A DNA stretch of 64,000 bases from Chrysomallon squamiferum (taxonomy: Eukaryota > Animalia > Mollusca): assembly GCA_012295275.1 (NCBI GenBank), contig CM022673.1:9610001-9674000 (forward strand), written 5' to 3'. Below, piece after piece: positions 41,770-54,400 of this stretch. Made by a program: the position numbers and the translations under genes. Each line of letters begins with the position of its first letter. Position 1 is the stretch's first letter. The notes under the pieces are model-generated. The model saw nothing but the letters and a program-made list of their open reading frames with translations, was not told where the DNA came from and searched no databases.

Positions 41770-41804
<35 letters not shown>

Positions 41805-42089
41805 AAATTAAAAATTAAAAAATATATATATAAAATGTATGCAATCGTTCAGTTCGCATAATGATAATAATATTATAATTATTGTTTTATTTAATTTGGA
41901 GGCATTCCTAAATATTAACAATAACAGCAGCAAAGATATAAACTGATATTAATAAAACTACATTTGTTTATCCACTGCATTTTTAACTTTAAAAAAAAAA
42001 AAAAAAAAATAATAATAATATTAATTTTCGATCAGACATTTTAAAGATTGTTATTTTGCTTGTGAAAATGTTGAAAAAGATTGCTTTAT

Positions 42090-42212
42090 ACTTCGTCGTG
42101 AAATATCGTGGGTTTTTCCGCCAAAGTCCGGGTCCTTTGTATCACGTGACCTAGATTAAGATGGCTTCCATGCGAAATAATTGGTGATTTCATTTTTAAA
42201 CATAAAAATAAT
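42090..42212 (+). promoter_or_regulatory. ADAR1 core promoter and non-coding first exon
   Basis: Local CpG cluster in a CpG-poor background. Motifs: GGGTTTTTCC (42110-42119) overlapping E2F-like TTTTCCGCCAAA, E-box ATCACGTGAC (42141-42150), YY1-like AAGATGGC (42158-42165). Perfect GTAAGT donor at 42213; next strong acceptor at 43433. Confidence 0.65.
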
Positions 42213-42381
42213 GTAAGTATGATGTTAGTGATCATGTGTTTTACAGGATATTTAAAAATTTAATTTTCATATCATATTTTAAACATTGTTAATTAATGTT
42301 GTCTGGTGAAAAAAATAAATTAAAGTCCTATATTTTCATTTTAGAATCGGATGTACTATCACTTTATGATCAGTATCGAGT

Positions 42382-42395
42382 AGTTTCGGTTTCGC
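42382..42395 (+). promoter_or_regulatory. ISRE/IRF-binding element consensus in ADAR intron 1
   Basis: AGTTTCGGTTTCGC matches the AGTTTCNNTTTCNY consensus exactly. Confidence 0.5.
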
Positions 42396-43436
42396 AACAG
42401 TTTGAAATTTTGCTTTCAATACTTAATAGGTTTAAAAATTTTGATGAATAAAAACAAATAATTAAAATAGGATTGTTTATACAGAATAAACACCAACAAA
42501 TTAATTACCTTGCACATTGTTACAGTATTATTTTTATCAATAATTTTGTAGCCTCGTTAAGAAACCGCACCAACCTGAACGGAACTGAGAATGATTTCGC
42601 ACAAACAAAATCAGACAGATTCCGTACTGTCATTTCATTACAGACCATTAATTTAAGACAATAAATGCAGAAAGAAAATATGCCAGCAGTTGAGTGTCAG
42701 TAATGTCAACTAAATAAATAATTTAAAATTTTCATATTAAAATATTTTGTTTGTTAATTTAATCTGTCTGTCTTTCTGTCTTTCATCAGTCTGTTAAAAC
42801 ACTTGAGAATATATTCATTTATTTTGATGAAAAAAGTTATTTGAATAAAAATACAATAATAATAAGTAAAGTGAGACATTTTACATGATTATGAAACTAT
42901 GTTTTTGAAATTACACAGTATATTGTAGAAATGAAATAAATTGTTACCATACGTGAAGTTTATAAAATGCCTGTTTAACTCCATATGTTATCACACTGTT
43001 TTATTATAATTAATATAAATATATTTTAATGGAGGAATAATTTATTTAGTTAATTAATATTAGTATGAACAGTCAGGAGACCAGGTGTGGCATTATTTCA
43101 ATCAAGGTTTTAATGGGAGGGGCAGACTTTAAAGGCTTAAAATTATCTGGTTTCATACAAGAATATTTTTTGTTCTTTATTTAAATAAAATAAATTCTAC
43201 ATTTATATATTTGTTACACTGTTATTATTGCACTGGATATGCATCTACATCCAAAAAAAAAAAAAAAATGCTTGTACTTCAGTTACTGTATTCAACTGAA
43301 TATTTCTTTACTATGAAATCAACTGAATTTTTTTTGTGGTATTCAGATTTAATATGGTATTTACTGACATGATCCTTATTCTGTAGACTTAGTGTTATTT
43401 ATTTTCATTTTTCATTTTTTTTTTTTTTCACAGATA

Positions 43437-43538
43437 ATGAGGAAGAAAAAAGGTGGTAAGAAGCAGGCAGGGAAACTTCGGGCATTGTCTGTGAAAGTCC
43501 ATGCTTCCAAACCAGGAAAAGAGAAACATGATAGTCAG
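43437..43538 (+). CDS. ADAR first coding exon (MRKKKGGKK..., basic NLS-like start)
   Basis: Long poly-T + cacag acceptor at 43433, ATG at 43437, GTAAAC donor, phase 0 in frame with the next exon. Confidence 0.75.
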
Positions 43539-46500
43539 GTAAACTGAGACATGTACATCTGTAATTTATTGTTTTAATTTATTGTACACAGGAATTATCT
43601 AACACATGAAGAAAGAAAGTATATATGACACATGCAAGACATAATTAGTTTGATACTTTTAGTTCATTTAGAATTTTTTTTTATCAAATATGCACATCAT
43701 GAATGGTGCATTTTTATTAAGGGATTATTATTTCCCTTGCATCTTCAGCTCCGTTCACCCTGAAATGTTCGGGCAAAATGACAGAAAACTGCAATATCCA
43801 TTTTCAGTTTCTGCATGCTAATTAGCTTAATATCCAATACATAATGAGCATGGTGTTATTAATAAATACAACACTTGAAGAACACATGACCATAAAAATA
43901 GTAACCATTTGATTATAAATTTCTTTTTGTTTTTGTTAAAATCTTAACTGATTAGTTTCAAAGGGTTAATTGCCTGCTCTGATTACAAACAGTAGAGATT
44001 ATTTGATTGTTATTATTATTATTTTTAAATTCCAGAACAAAATGTGTAATTAATTTGTATATGTATACCAAGTCTTACTGACACTGATGAACATAATTCA
44101 TTTTCAGTTTTAGCAACAACATTAATAAATAGAGCTTGTAAAATTACACATAAGCAATTAATACTGTTTAGTGCATACATGAAAAGAAAAATATACATAT
44201 TTTTTAAATGTTTCAGAAAAATATCATTAAAGATTCTAGCTTGAAGAAAAAGATAATACAGTTTCTCAAAGCAAAGCACAATGCACAGAAAACCATAGCG
44301 ATAGCTCGTGGTGTTGGCTATACTACAGCAAAAGAGGTTAACCCAACTTTATACTCTCTGGCAAACAAGAAATGTGTTACCAAGGTAACAGAACAGCCCC
44401 CTACTTGGCAGTTAGATAACCAACATTTTCATTCCTTTGAGATAAATGATAATGATGAAGAAATGCAAGAAGCTTGTTTCAAGTCCAAAAAATCTGGTAA
44501 AGAGATAGGTTCCACAAGTCAGCAGGTTTCAGATCAGAGTTCTCCTGAACAGAATTTGAGACAAGTTAATTTGTTTGGTACTCATGGAGAAAGTCTCTTC
44601 GACAGTAATGTTGTGGAACAGAAAGATGACTCCGAAATTGGAAATTTGGAACCAGATGGAAGCGAAGTGGAAGCAAGTCTGGAGAAGTTTCACTTAGAGG
44701 GTGAGAATGAGCAGGATCTTGTCAGTGATGATGATGATGAAGAAGTGACACTGCAAGCCAGGCTGATAGATGTTATGGCGTATGGTCATGGGGATGTGGA
44801 CAGCTCTTTGTATGAAAGTTCATCTGATGTTGACTTTGTCACTAACAAAAGCTATCAGGAGGAATTGTTTGGAAAGCAGCTGTCCAGTTCAGTGAATTTG
44901 TCATTTGAGGACATGGTTTTACAAACACTGGCTAACCAATTCTTAGCCACAGCAGCAGCTTTTGTGTTAGCTAATAAAATTCAAGACGCTTCCAAAGAAG
45001 ATGTAGAAACTGCTTTGAGACATTTGAAAGAAAAGAATTTGGTCAGTTGCAAGGGTATTGTATGGGAGGTCACAAAGACAGGTGAAGATTATTTAAGGTC
45101 TAAACAGTTAATTTCTGACAGTAAATCACCATCTATGAATGTTAACAAGAACAATCTGATCCCACGTAATTTGCCATCAGAAGATGGACGAGGAGTTCCT
45201 TTATCACCATCTGAACTTGTCACCTCAGGTGCAATGTTTTGCAAAACAAGTTTGCTTCCTCCAGTTCCACGGGGAAGAGGACTTAATTTACAGAAGGCCA
45301 TCGAAATTAAATATAATTTGTCTATGGGAAGAGGTCACGGTGTGCTCGGTGTGTCAGGAAACAGCTTAGCACCTCCATTTCTTAAGTACGGTGGATCACT
45401 GGCAGTCAGAAGCCAGAGATCAGCAGAAGAGAACAAGAGTTCATCTGGGATCCAAACTTCAAGCTTGAGTGACATCATTTCTGATTCAAGTTTTCATTCA
45501 GGACCATCAATGGTTAAACCAGTAGCTCAAAGTGGTTTTCATATTCCTCCTTCGCCTGTAGCTATTGTGTGTCAGAGCAGCAGCAGTGTGAATCCTCCAC
45601 ACGTAGCGACAGCATCCTTCATAAGATCATCAGCAACACCATCTTTTAGTACATCTGCAGTGAGCAGTCCCATGCAGCTAACTGCTTCAGGTTCTAACAG
45701 AGAACCAGCCAGAGGAGCAGCTAACATAGGTATCAGTTCCGAAAGCTTTGCTGCACTGAACAAAAATCCTGTCAGTGCCCTGATGGAATATGCACAGTCA
45801 AGACACTTAGCAGCTAGCATTGATGTGCTGAGTCAGAGAGGACCTCCACATAAACCTAGGTCAGTATTCACAATGAGATAATAGTACTTCAGAGAGAGTC
45901 GTACGATTCAGTACTACGTCAATTTGAAATTTTGAAAGTCAATTTTGTAAAGTCAGTATTTTATCCTGAAAGTAAAATGTTGGTTTACAAAGCCAGTATT
46001 TTATCTGCTTCTTATACTTATTATCCTGCTGTTTCTTTCACTTTGTCTGTTAGTTCATCTCTATGCTGTGTCTGTCTCTCTGTCTCTGTTAGTTAGAACA
46101 ACTACTCATAGAAAATAATTGTTCTCTTTGTCTGTCTGTCCCTCCATCTGTCTGTCTATCTGTCTACTAGTTGATCTATCTTGTCTAAATAATTGTTATT
46201 TTTTACTTAGTTTTGAAATTGCTGCTTTTGTCGGAAATCGTCAGTTTCCAAGTGTTGTTTGTAACAACAAGAAAACTGGCCGCAAAGATGCTGCTGATGT
46301 GGCCATGAGAACTCTTATAGCAGAAGGAGCATACAAAGTGACGAGTAACTTGGTAAACATTCTCTTTAATATTTATACCCACTTGTAACAGTGGCATCTG
46401 TTTCTCACTCACTGGTAATGTGTATGTACATAGACTTGCAAAAATAAATTTATATCTTCAGTGATTCAGTATTCTTCTTTGTGCTGGATTCCTCAGAGGA

Positions 46501-48403
46501 AATGCCAAAATATTTAACTGAGGTTAATTGTTTTGTGATTTTTATGTTCATTTGTAAAGAAGTTGTGTGAAAAGTTTACATGAATGAACAAACATCTGAA
46601 TACACATTTGTTTTATTTATGTAAAAGCCAGAAAATATCAGTTTAATGAATATTTGATGTTGTAAACATTTCTTTAAATAAAATATATTATTAATATTAT
46701 TATCATTATTGGTAGTGGTACTAGTAGTAGTACTAGTGTTAGTAATATTTATTCATAATTTTACTTGTTTTTAATCTCTAGCAGTCACTTGTGGATGTAC
46801 CTTCAAAAAACATGACCCACTTTGATAAAATGGCTGGGCTTGTACATCAGGCCTTCAATGCCTTGATAGCATCCATTCCTGAAGCTTTATCTGGTCGAAA
46901 AATCATTGCTGGACTCGTGATGAAGAGGAATGAAAACGATGTTGGTGTTGTCATCAGCATTGGGTCAGGTCTGTTCATTTTGTTTCATGGCTGCATGTTG
47001 GACAAAGTCACCCAGTGCATAGGCAATACATAGTTCACAGTCAGAGGGGAAAACTGTGCTTTATTTAAGAAATAAATTCAACACATTTTCTTTTTTCACT
47101 CTGTGGTTTTATAGATTCAGTTTCAAGGAATATATAAATAAAGAAAAAAAAACGAAGAAAGAAAAACTGCTGTTACTCAGTGGGCTTTTCTTTTTCAGTT
47201 ATCAAAAAGAAGTCTTTTATGTATATTATTGTTTAAATCGGAACACAGGTATTATGTAATACTAAGGTAAATATATGTTTGTTTGTAATTTTTTTCTTGT
47301 AGGTAACCGGTGCATCACAGGACAACAGCTGAGTCTGGAAGGAAACACGATAAATGATTCTCATGCTGAAATCATTACACGAAGAGGATTCATGAGGTAC
47401 AGGCATGGAGTATTTTCCAGAAATACACCTCTCCCTCTTATTTGTTACAAAATTTTAAAGACAACTTTTCTTAATAACATTCTCTGGCTCATAATTTTTA
47501 ATTTTTTTTAAATTATTTTTTATTTAATAACTTTTGTCCAGCAATTAAGCATTTTAAAAATCATTTAGTAGAAGTTACAAATACTTATATTATCTTGCAG
47601 ATTTCTTTACAAGCAGCTCGAATCTTATGACCCGTCACAACCACACGGTTTATTTGAGAAAGGGTCTGGAGGAAAATTACGTATTCGACCTAATATAACA
47701 TTCCACCTGTACATCTCAACAGCACCTTGCGGAGATGGTGCATTGTTTTCACCCAGGTAATTACAGCTCTTTGTTCACATGTAGACCCACTGCAGAAATC
47801 TTGACCTATCTTGCTGTCAAAGATTTATACGTTTCTTTTCATTAGTTTTATACTGATATAAATAATATTCAGTGTTTTCTTGTATAGGTATATATGTCTG
47901 TGAGTGGTTATGTTTATGTGTGTATGTGTGTGTGTTTCTGAGTGCAAATATCACAAACTCAACAGATGGGGGTGTATTTTGTTAATATTGTATAGTTCTC
48001 TGTTACAGAGATGCAGGATCAAACAATGCACCATTGTTCACTTTGGACAGTCAAAAACATCACCCTACTTTTACCAGCACTGTCCAGGGACTTTTAAGAA
48101 CAAAGATGGAAGGAGGTAGGATAATAAACTAGTCAAAGATGCTTTCTTTCTGTGACTATTTAAGTGTGTGTGTTGTGTTCTCTGTGCAGAAACGATTAAA
48201 ACAAGTTCTGATCATTAATATGCATAACAGTTAACTGTTACTGCGGGCAGTCATAAGATGAAGATCTAAAAAAACTGCACTCTTTATAGAAATTCTATTG
48301 TGAAATCTAATTTAGCCTTTTTATTTCTCTAACCTTGGCTTTTTAAATGACAGTTGGTATATATTGTTAAGTCTTTATATCTATATATCTATATATCTAT
48401 ATA

Positions 48404-48434
<31 letters not shown>

Positions 48435-51400
48435 TGGTGTTGATGTTGATGTTGATGTAGAGCCAAACCTATCCATGAAGATCACTCAGGAGAATGGGCA
48501 AATCCGTTATCATATAAAATAATATACATTGTGAGGGAAACTTCAAGATAGATGTCATAGACTGCTAGCTATATTTATTTATTTTTATAAAGACAGAGTC
48601 AAACTTACAAAACTAGGCTTCTAAAAACATATAAATAAATATATAATATTGATATTAATAAATGTAAGTAATCCATAAAATGTATTTCACACTCCAAAGA
48701 TTTCTCTTTTTGACAGGACCAATATAAAATTGTGATTTTCCTCACTAAATCATTTTCATTAATAGCTTACTCACTGTTTGATCACTGACAGGTGAAGGCA
48801 CGATTCCAATCGAGTCAGATTTCACAGGGCAGACATTTGATGGTATTGTCAGGGGCGAGAGACTGCGCACCATGTCCTGCACTGACAAAATCTGCCGCTG
48901 GAATGTTGTTGGCATGCAGGGAGCTCTCTTGTCAAACTTTCTTGAACCAATTTATTTGGATTCTCTCACTTTAGGTTAGAAAGATTTAAAAAAAGAAAAT
49001 TTAACTTTCTTTTGTGATTTGTGAATATTCCTTGTCAATTCGTTTTTCTTTTTTCTTTTATTATTATCATTTTTTTTATTTGTATTTTCAATGCTACCAT
49101 TGCATTATTATCTTTTCCAGTCATTTTGTTTTTTATTAATTTTTATTTTTTAAATAAAAGATCATGCATCATTTCACATTACTTAGTAACTATTAAAATA
49201 TAATGATAATAATAAAACAATGTCAAATAAAGTAATCCACTGGATTTTACTGACTTTTTAAAATTATAATTTTTTCTTTTTCAGGATTCCTTTATGATCA
49301 TGGTCACTTGGCAAGAGCTGTATGTTGCCGTGTCAACAGAACAGGCCAGCCAATAGATGAGATTCTTCCAAAAGGATACCACTTGAACCACCCTTGGCTG
49401 GGTCGTGTGACAGCATGTGACCCTTCCAGAGAGACACAGAAAACAAAGAATTTGAGTATAAATTGGAGTTTCGGAGACCAGCACCCTGAAGTTGTTGATG
49501 GACCTCTTGGTCTTTGTCATACAGGGTGAGATTGATTTGTGCAAATGAAGGAACAGTATGTAACATTTCGAGATCATGGCTAAGTATGCAACATTGAGAC
49601 CATGGCACAGTATGCAGCACTGTGATCATGGCACAATATGCAGAACTGTGATATCATGGCACAGTATCCAACACTAACACCATGGCACAGTATGCAACAC
49701 TGACACCATGGCACAGTATGCAGCACTGAGACCATGGCACAGTATGCAATACTGTGATCATGGCACAGTATGCAACACTGAGACCATGGCACAGTATGCA
49801 ACACAGTGAACATGGCACAGTATGCAACACTGATCATGGCACAGTATGTAGCACTGTGATATGGCACAGTATGCAGCACTGTGATCATGGCACAGTATGC
49901 AGCACTGTGATCATGGCACAGTATGCAGCACTGTGATATCATGGCACAGTATGCAGCACTGTGATCATGGCACAGTATGCAGCACTGATACCATGGCACA
50001 GTATGCAACACTGTGAACATGGCACAGTATCCAACACTGATCATGGCACAGTATGCAACACTGAGACCATGGCACAGTATGAAGCACTGAGGTATCATGG
50101 CACAGTATGCAGCACTGATCATGGCACAGTATGCAGCACTGATCATGGCACAGTATGCAGCACTGTGATCATGGCACAGTATGCAGCACTGTGATATCAT
50201 GGCACAGTATCCAACACTGACACCATGGCACAGTATGCAGCACTGAGACCATGGCACAGTATGCAATACTTTGATCATGGCACAGTATGCAACACTGAGA
50301 TCATGACACAGTATGCAACACTGAGACCATGGCACAGCATTGTGGCACAGTATGCAACACTGTGATCATGGCACAGCACTGTGAAATGGCACAGTATGCA
50401 CACTGTGATGGCATGGCATGCAGCACTGTGATCATGCAGCACTGTGATCATGGCACAGTATGCAGCACTGTGATATGACACAGTATGCAGAACTGTGATA
50501 TCATGGCACAGTATGCAGCACTGTGATCATGGCACAGTATGCAGCACTGTGATCATGGCACAGTATGCAGCACTGAGACCATGGCACAGTATGCAACACT
50601 GATCATGGCACAGTATGCAACACTGATATCATGGCACAGTATGCAACACTGTGATATCATGGCACAGTATGCAGCACTGTGATCATGGCACAGTATGCAA
50701 CACTGTGATCATGGCACAGTATGCAACACTGTGATCATGGCACAGTATGCAGCACTGTGATCATGGCACAGTATGCAGCACTGTGATCATGGCACAGTAT
50801 GCAGCACTGTGATATGACACAGTATGCAGCACTGTGATATCATGGCACAGTATGCAGCACTGTGATCATGGCACAGTATGCAGCATTGAGACCATGGCAC
50901 AATATGCAACACTGTGAACATGGCACAGTATGCAGCACTGAGACCATGGCACAGTATGCAACACTGATCATGGCACAGTATGCAACACTGTGATATCATG
51001 GCACAGTATGCAACACTGATATCATGGCACAGTATGCAGCACTGTGATCATGGCACAGTATGCAACACTGTGATCATGGCACAGTATGCAGCACTGTGAT
51101 CATGGCACAGTATGCAGCACTGTGATCATGGCACAGTATGCAGCACTGTGATCATGGCACAGTATGCAGCATTGAGACCATGGCACAATATGCAACACTG
51201 TGAACATGGCACAGTATGCAACACTGAGACAATGACAGTATGCAACACTGAGACCATGGCACAGTATGCAACACTGTGATCATGGCACAGTATGCAGCAC
51301 TGTGATCATGGCACAGTATGCAGCACTGTGATATGACACAGTATGCAGAACTGTGATATGGCACAGTATGCAGCACTGTGATATCATGGCACAGTATGCA

Positions 51401-54400
51401 GCACTGAGACCATGGCACAGTATGCAGCACTGTGATCATGTCACAGTATGCAGCACTGTGATATGGCACAGTATGCAGCACTGTGATATCATGGCACAGT
51501 ATGCAGCACTGTGATCATGGCACAGTATGCAACACTGAACATGGCACAGTATGCAACACTGATCATGGCACAGTATGCAGTACTGTGATATGGCACAGTA
51601 TGCAGCACTGTGATATGGCACAGTATGCAGAACTGTGATATGGCACAGTATGCAGCACTGTGATATCATGGCACAGTATGCAGCACTGTGATCATGGCAC
51701 AGTATGCAGCACTGAGACCATGGCACAGTATGCAACACTGATCATGGCACAGTATGCAGCACTGTGATCATGGCACAGTACGCAGCACTGTGATCATGTC
51801 ACAGTATGCAGCACTGTGATATGGCACAGTATGCAGCACTGATATCATGGCACAGTATGCAGCACTGTGATCATGGCACAGTATGCAACACTGAACATGG
51901 CACAGTATGCAACACTGAGACAATGACAGTATGCAACACTGAGACAATAACAGTATGCAACACTGATCATGGCACAGTATGCAACACTGAGACCATGGCA
52001 TAGTATGCAACACTGTGATATGCCACAGTATGCAGCACTGTGATCATGGCACAGTGTGCAGCACTGTCATATCATGGCACAGTATGCAACACTGTGATAT
52101 CATGGAACAGTATGCAACACTGAAACCATGGCACAGTATGCAACACTGAACATGGCACAGTATGCAACACTGACACCATGGCACAGTATGCAGCACTGAG
52201 ACCATGGCACAGTATGCAACACTGTGATCATGGCACAGGATGCAACACTGTGAACATGGCACAGTATGCAACACTGTGATAGGGCACAGTATGCAGCACT
52301 GAGACCATGGAACAGTATGCAACACTGTGATATCATGGCACAGTGCGCAGCACTGTCATCATGGCACAGTATGCAGCACTGTGATCATGGCACAGTATGC
52401 AGCATTGTGATATGGCACAGTATGCAACACTGTGATATAGCACAGTATGCAACACTGAAACCATGGCACAGTATGCAGCACTGAGACCATGGCACAGTAT
52501 GCAACACTGATCATGGCACAGTATGCAGCACTGTGATCATGGCACAGTATGCAACACTGTGATCATGGCATGCAACATGTGAGGCACAGTATGCAGCACT
52601 GTGATCATGGCACAGTATGCAGCACTGATCATGGCACAGTATGCAGCACTGTGATCATGGAACAGTATGCAGCACTGTGATATCATGGCACAGTATGCAA
52701 CACTGTGATCATGGCACAGTATGCAGCACTGAGACCATGGCACAATATGCAACACTGTGAACATGGCACAGTATGCAGCACTGAGACCATGGCACAGTAT
52801 GCAACACTGATCATGGCACAGTATGCAACACTGTGATATCATGGCACAGTATGCAACACTGATATCATGGCACAGTATGCAGCACTGTGATCATGGCACA
52901 TGTATGCACAGTATGCACACTGATATGGCACAGTATGCAGCACTGTGATATCATGGCACAGTATGCAGTATGCAGCACTGATCATGGCACAGTATGCAGC
53001 ACTGAGACCATGGCACAGTATGCAGCACTGTGATCATGGCACAGTATGCAACACTGATCATGGCACAGTATGCAACACTGTGATCATGGCACAGTATGCA
53101 GCACTGTGATCATGGCACAGTATGCAGCACTGTGATGCATGCAGCACTGATGATATGGCACAGTATGCAGCACTGTGATCATGGCACACTGTATGCACAG
53201 TATGCAACACTGATCATGGCACAGTATGCAACACTGATCATGGCACAGTATGCAACACTGATCATGGCACAGTATGCAGCACTGTGATATGGCACAGTAT
53301 GCAGCACTGTGATATGGCACAGTATGCAGCACTGTGATCATGGCACAGTATGCAGCACTGTGATATCATGGCACAGTATGCAGCACTGTGATATCATGGC
53401 ACAGTATGCAGCACTGTGATCATGGCACAGTATGCAACACTGAGACCATGGCACAGTATGCAGCACTGAGACCATGGCACAGTATGCAGCACTGTGATCA
53501 TGGCACAGTATGCAGCACTGTGATCATGGCACAGTATGCAGCACTGTGATATCATGGCACAGTATGCAACACTGATACCATGGCACAGTATGCAGCACTG
53601 CAGCACTGTGATCATGGCACAGTATGCAACACTGAACATGGCACAGTATGCAACACTGAGACAATGACAGTATGCAACATTGAGACAATGACAGTATGCA
53701 ACACTGATCATGGCACAGTATGCAACACTGAGACCATGGCACAGTATGCAACACTGTGATATGCCACAGTATGCAGCACTGTGATCATGGCACAGTGTGC
53801 AGCACTGTCATATCATTGCACAGTATGCAACACTGTGATATCATGGAACAGTATGCAACACTGAAACCATGGCACAGTATGCAGCACTGAGACCATGGCA
53901 CAGTATGCAACACTGTGATCATGGCACAGGATGCAACACTGTGAACATGGCACAGTATGCAACACTGATCATGGCACAGTATGCAGCACTGTGATCATGG
54001 CACAGTATGCAGCACTGTGATATCATGGCACAGTATCCAACACTGACACCATGGCACAGTATGCAGCACTGAGACCATGGCACAGTATGCAATACTTTGA
54101 TCATGGCACAGTATGCAACACTGAGATCATGACACAGTATGCAACACTGAGACCATGGCACAGTATGCAACACTGTGATCATGGCACAGTATGCAGTACT
54201 GTGATATGGCACAGTATGCAGCACTGTGATCATGGCACAGTATGCAGCACTGTGATATCATGGCACAGTATGCATGCACTGCAGCACTGATCATGGCACA
54301 GTCACAGTATGCAGCACTGATGATCATGGCACAGTATGCAGCACTGTGATATCATGGCACAGTATGCAGCACTGTGATCATGGCACAGTATGCAACACTG

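Noticed and set aside
47355-47372. DSHAE instead of vertebrate DCHAE in the ADAR active site
   Set aside because: Ser at this position occurs in active invertebrate ADARs; the Zn ligands and catalytic Glu are intact.
49290-49320. Exon sequence TGATCATGG matching the satellite junction, suggesting an exon-derived origin
   Set aside because: Only a 9-nt match; not distinguishable from chance.
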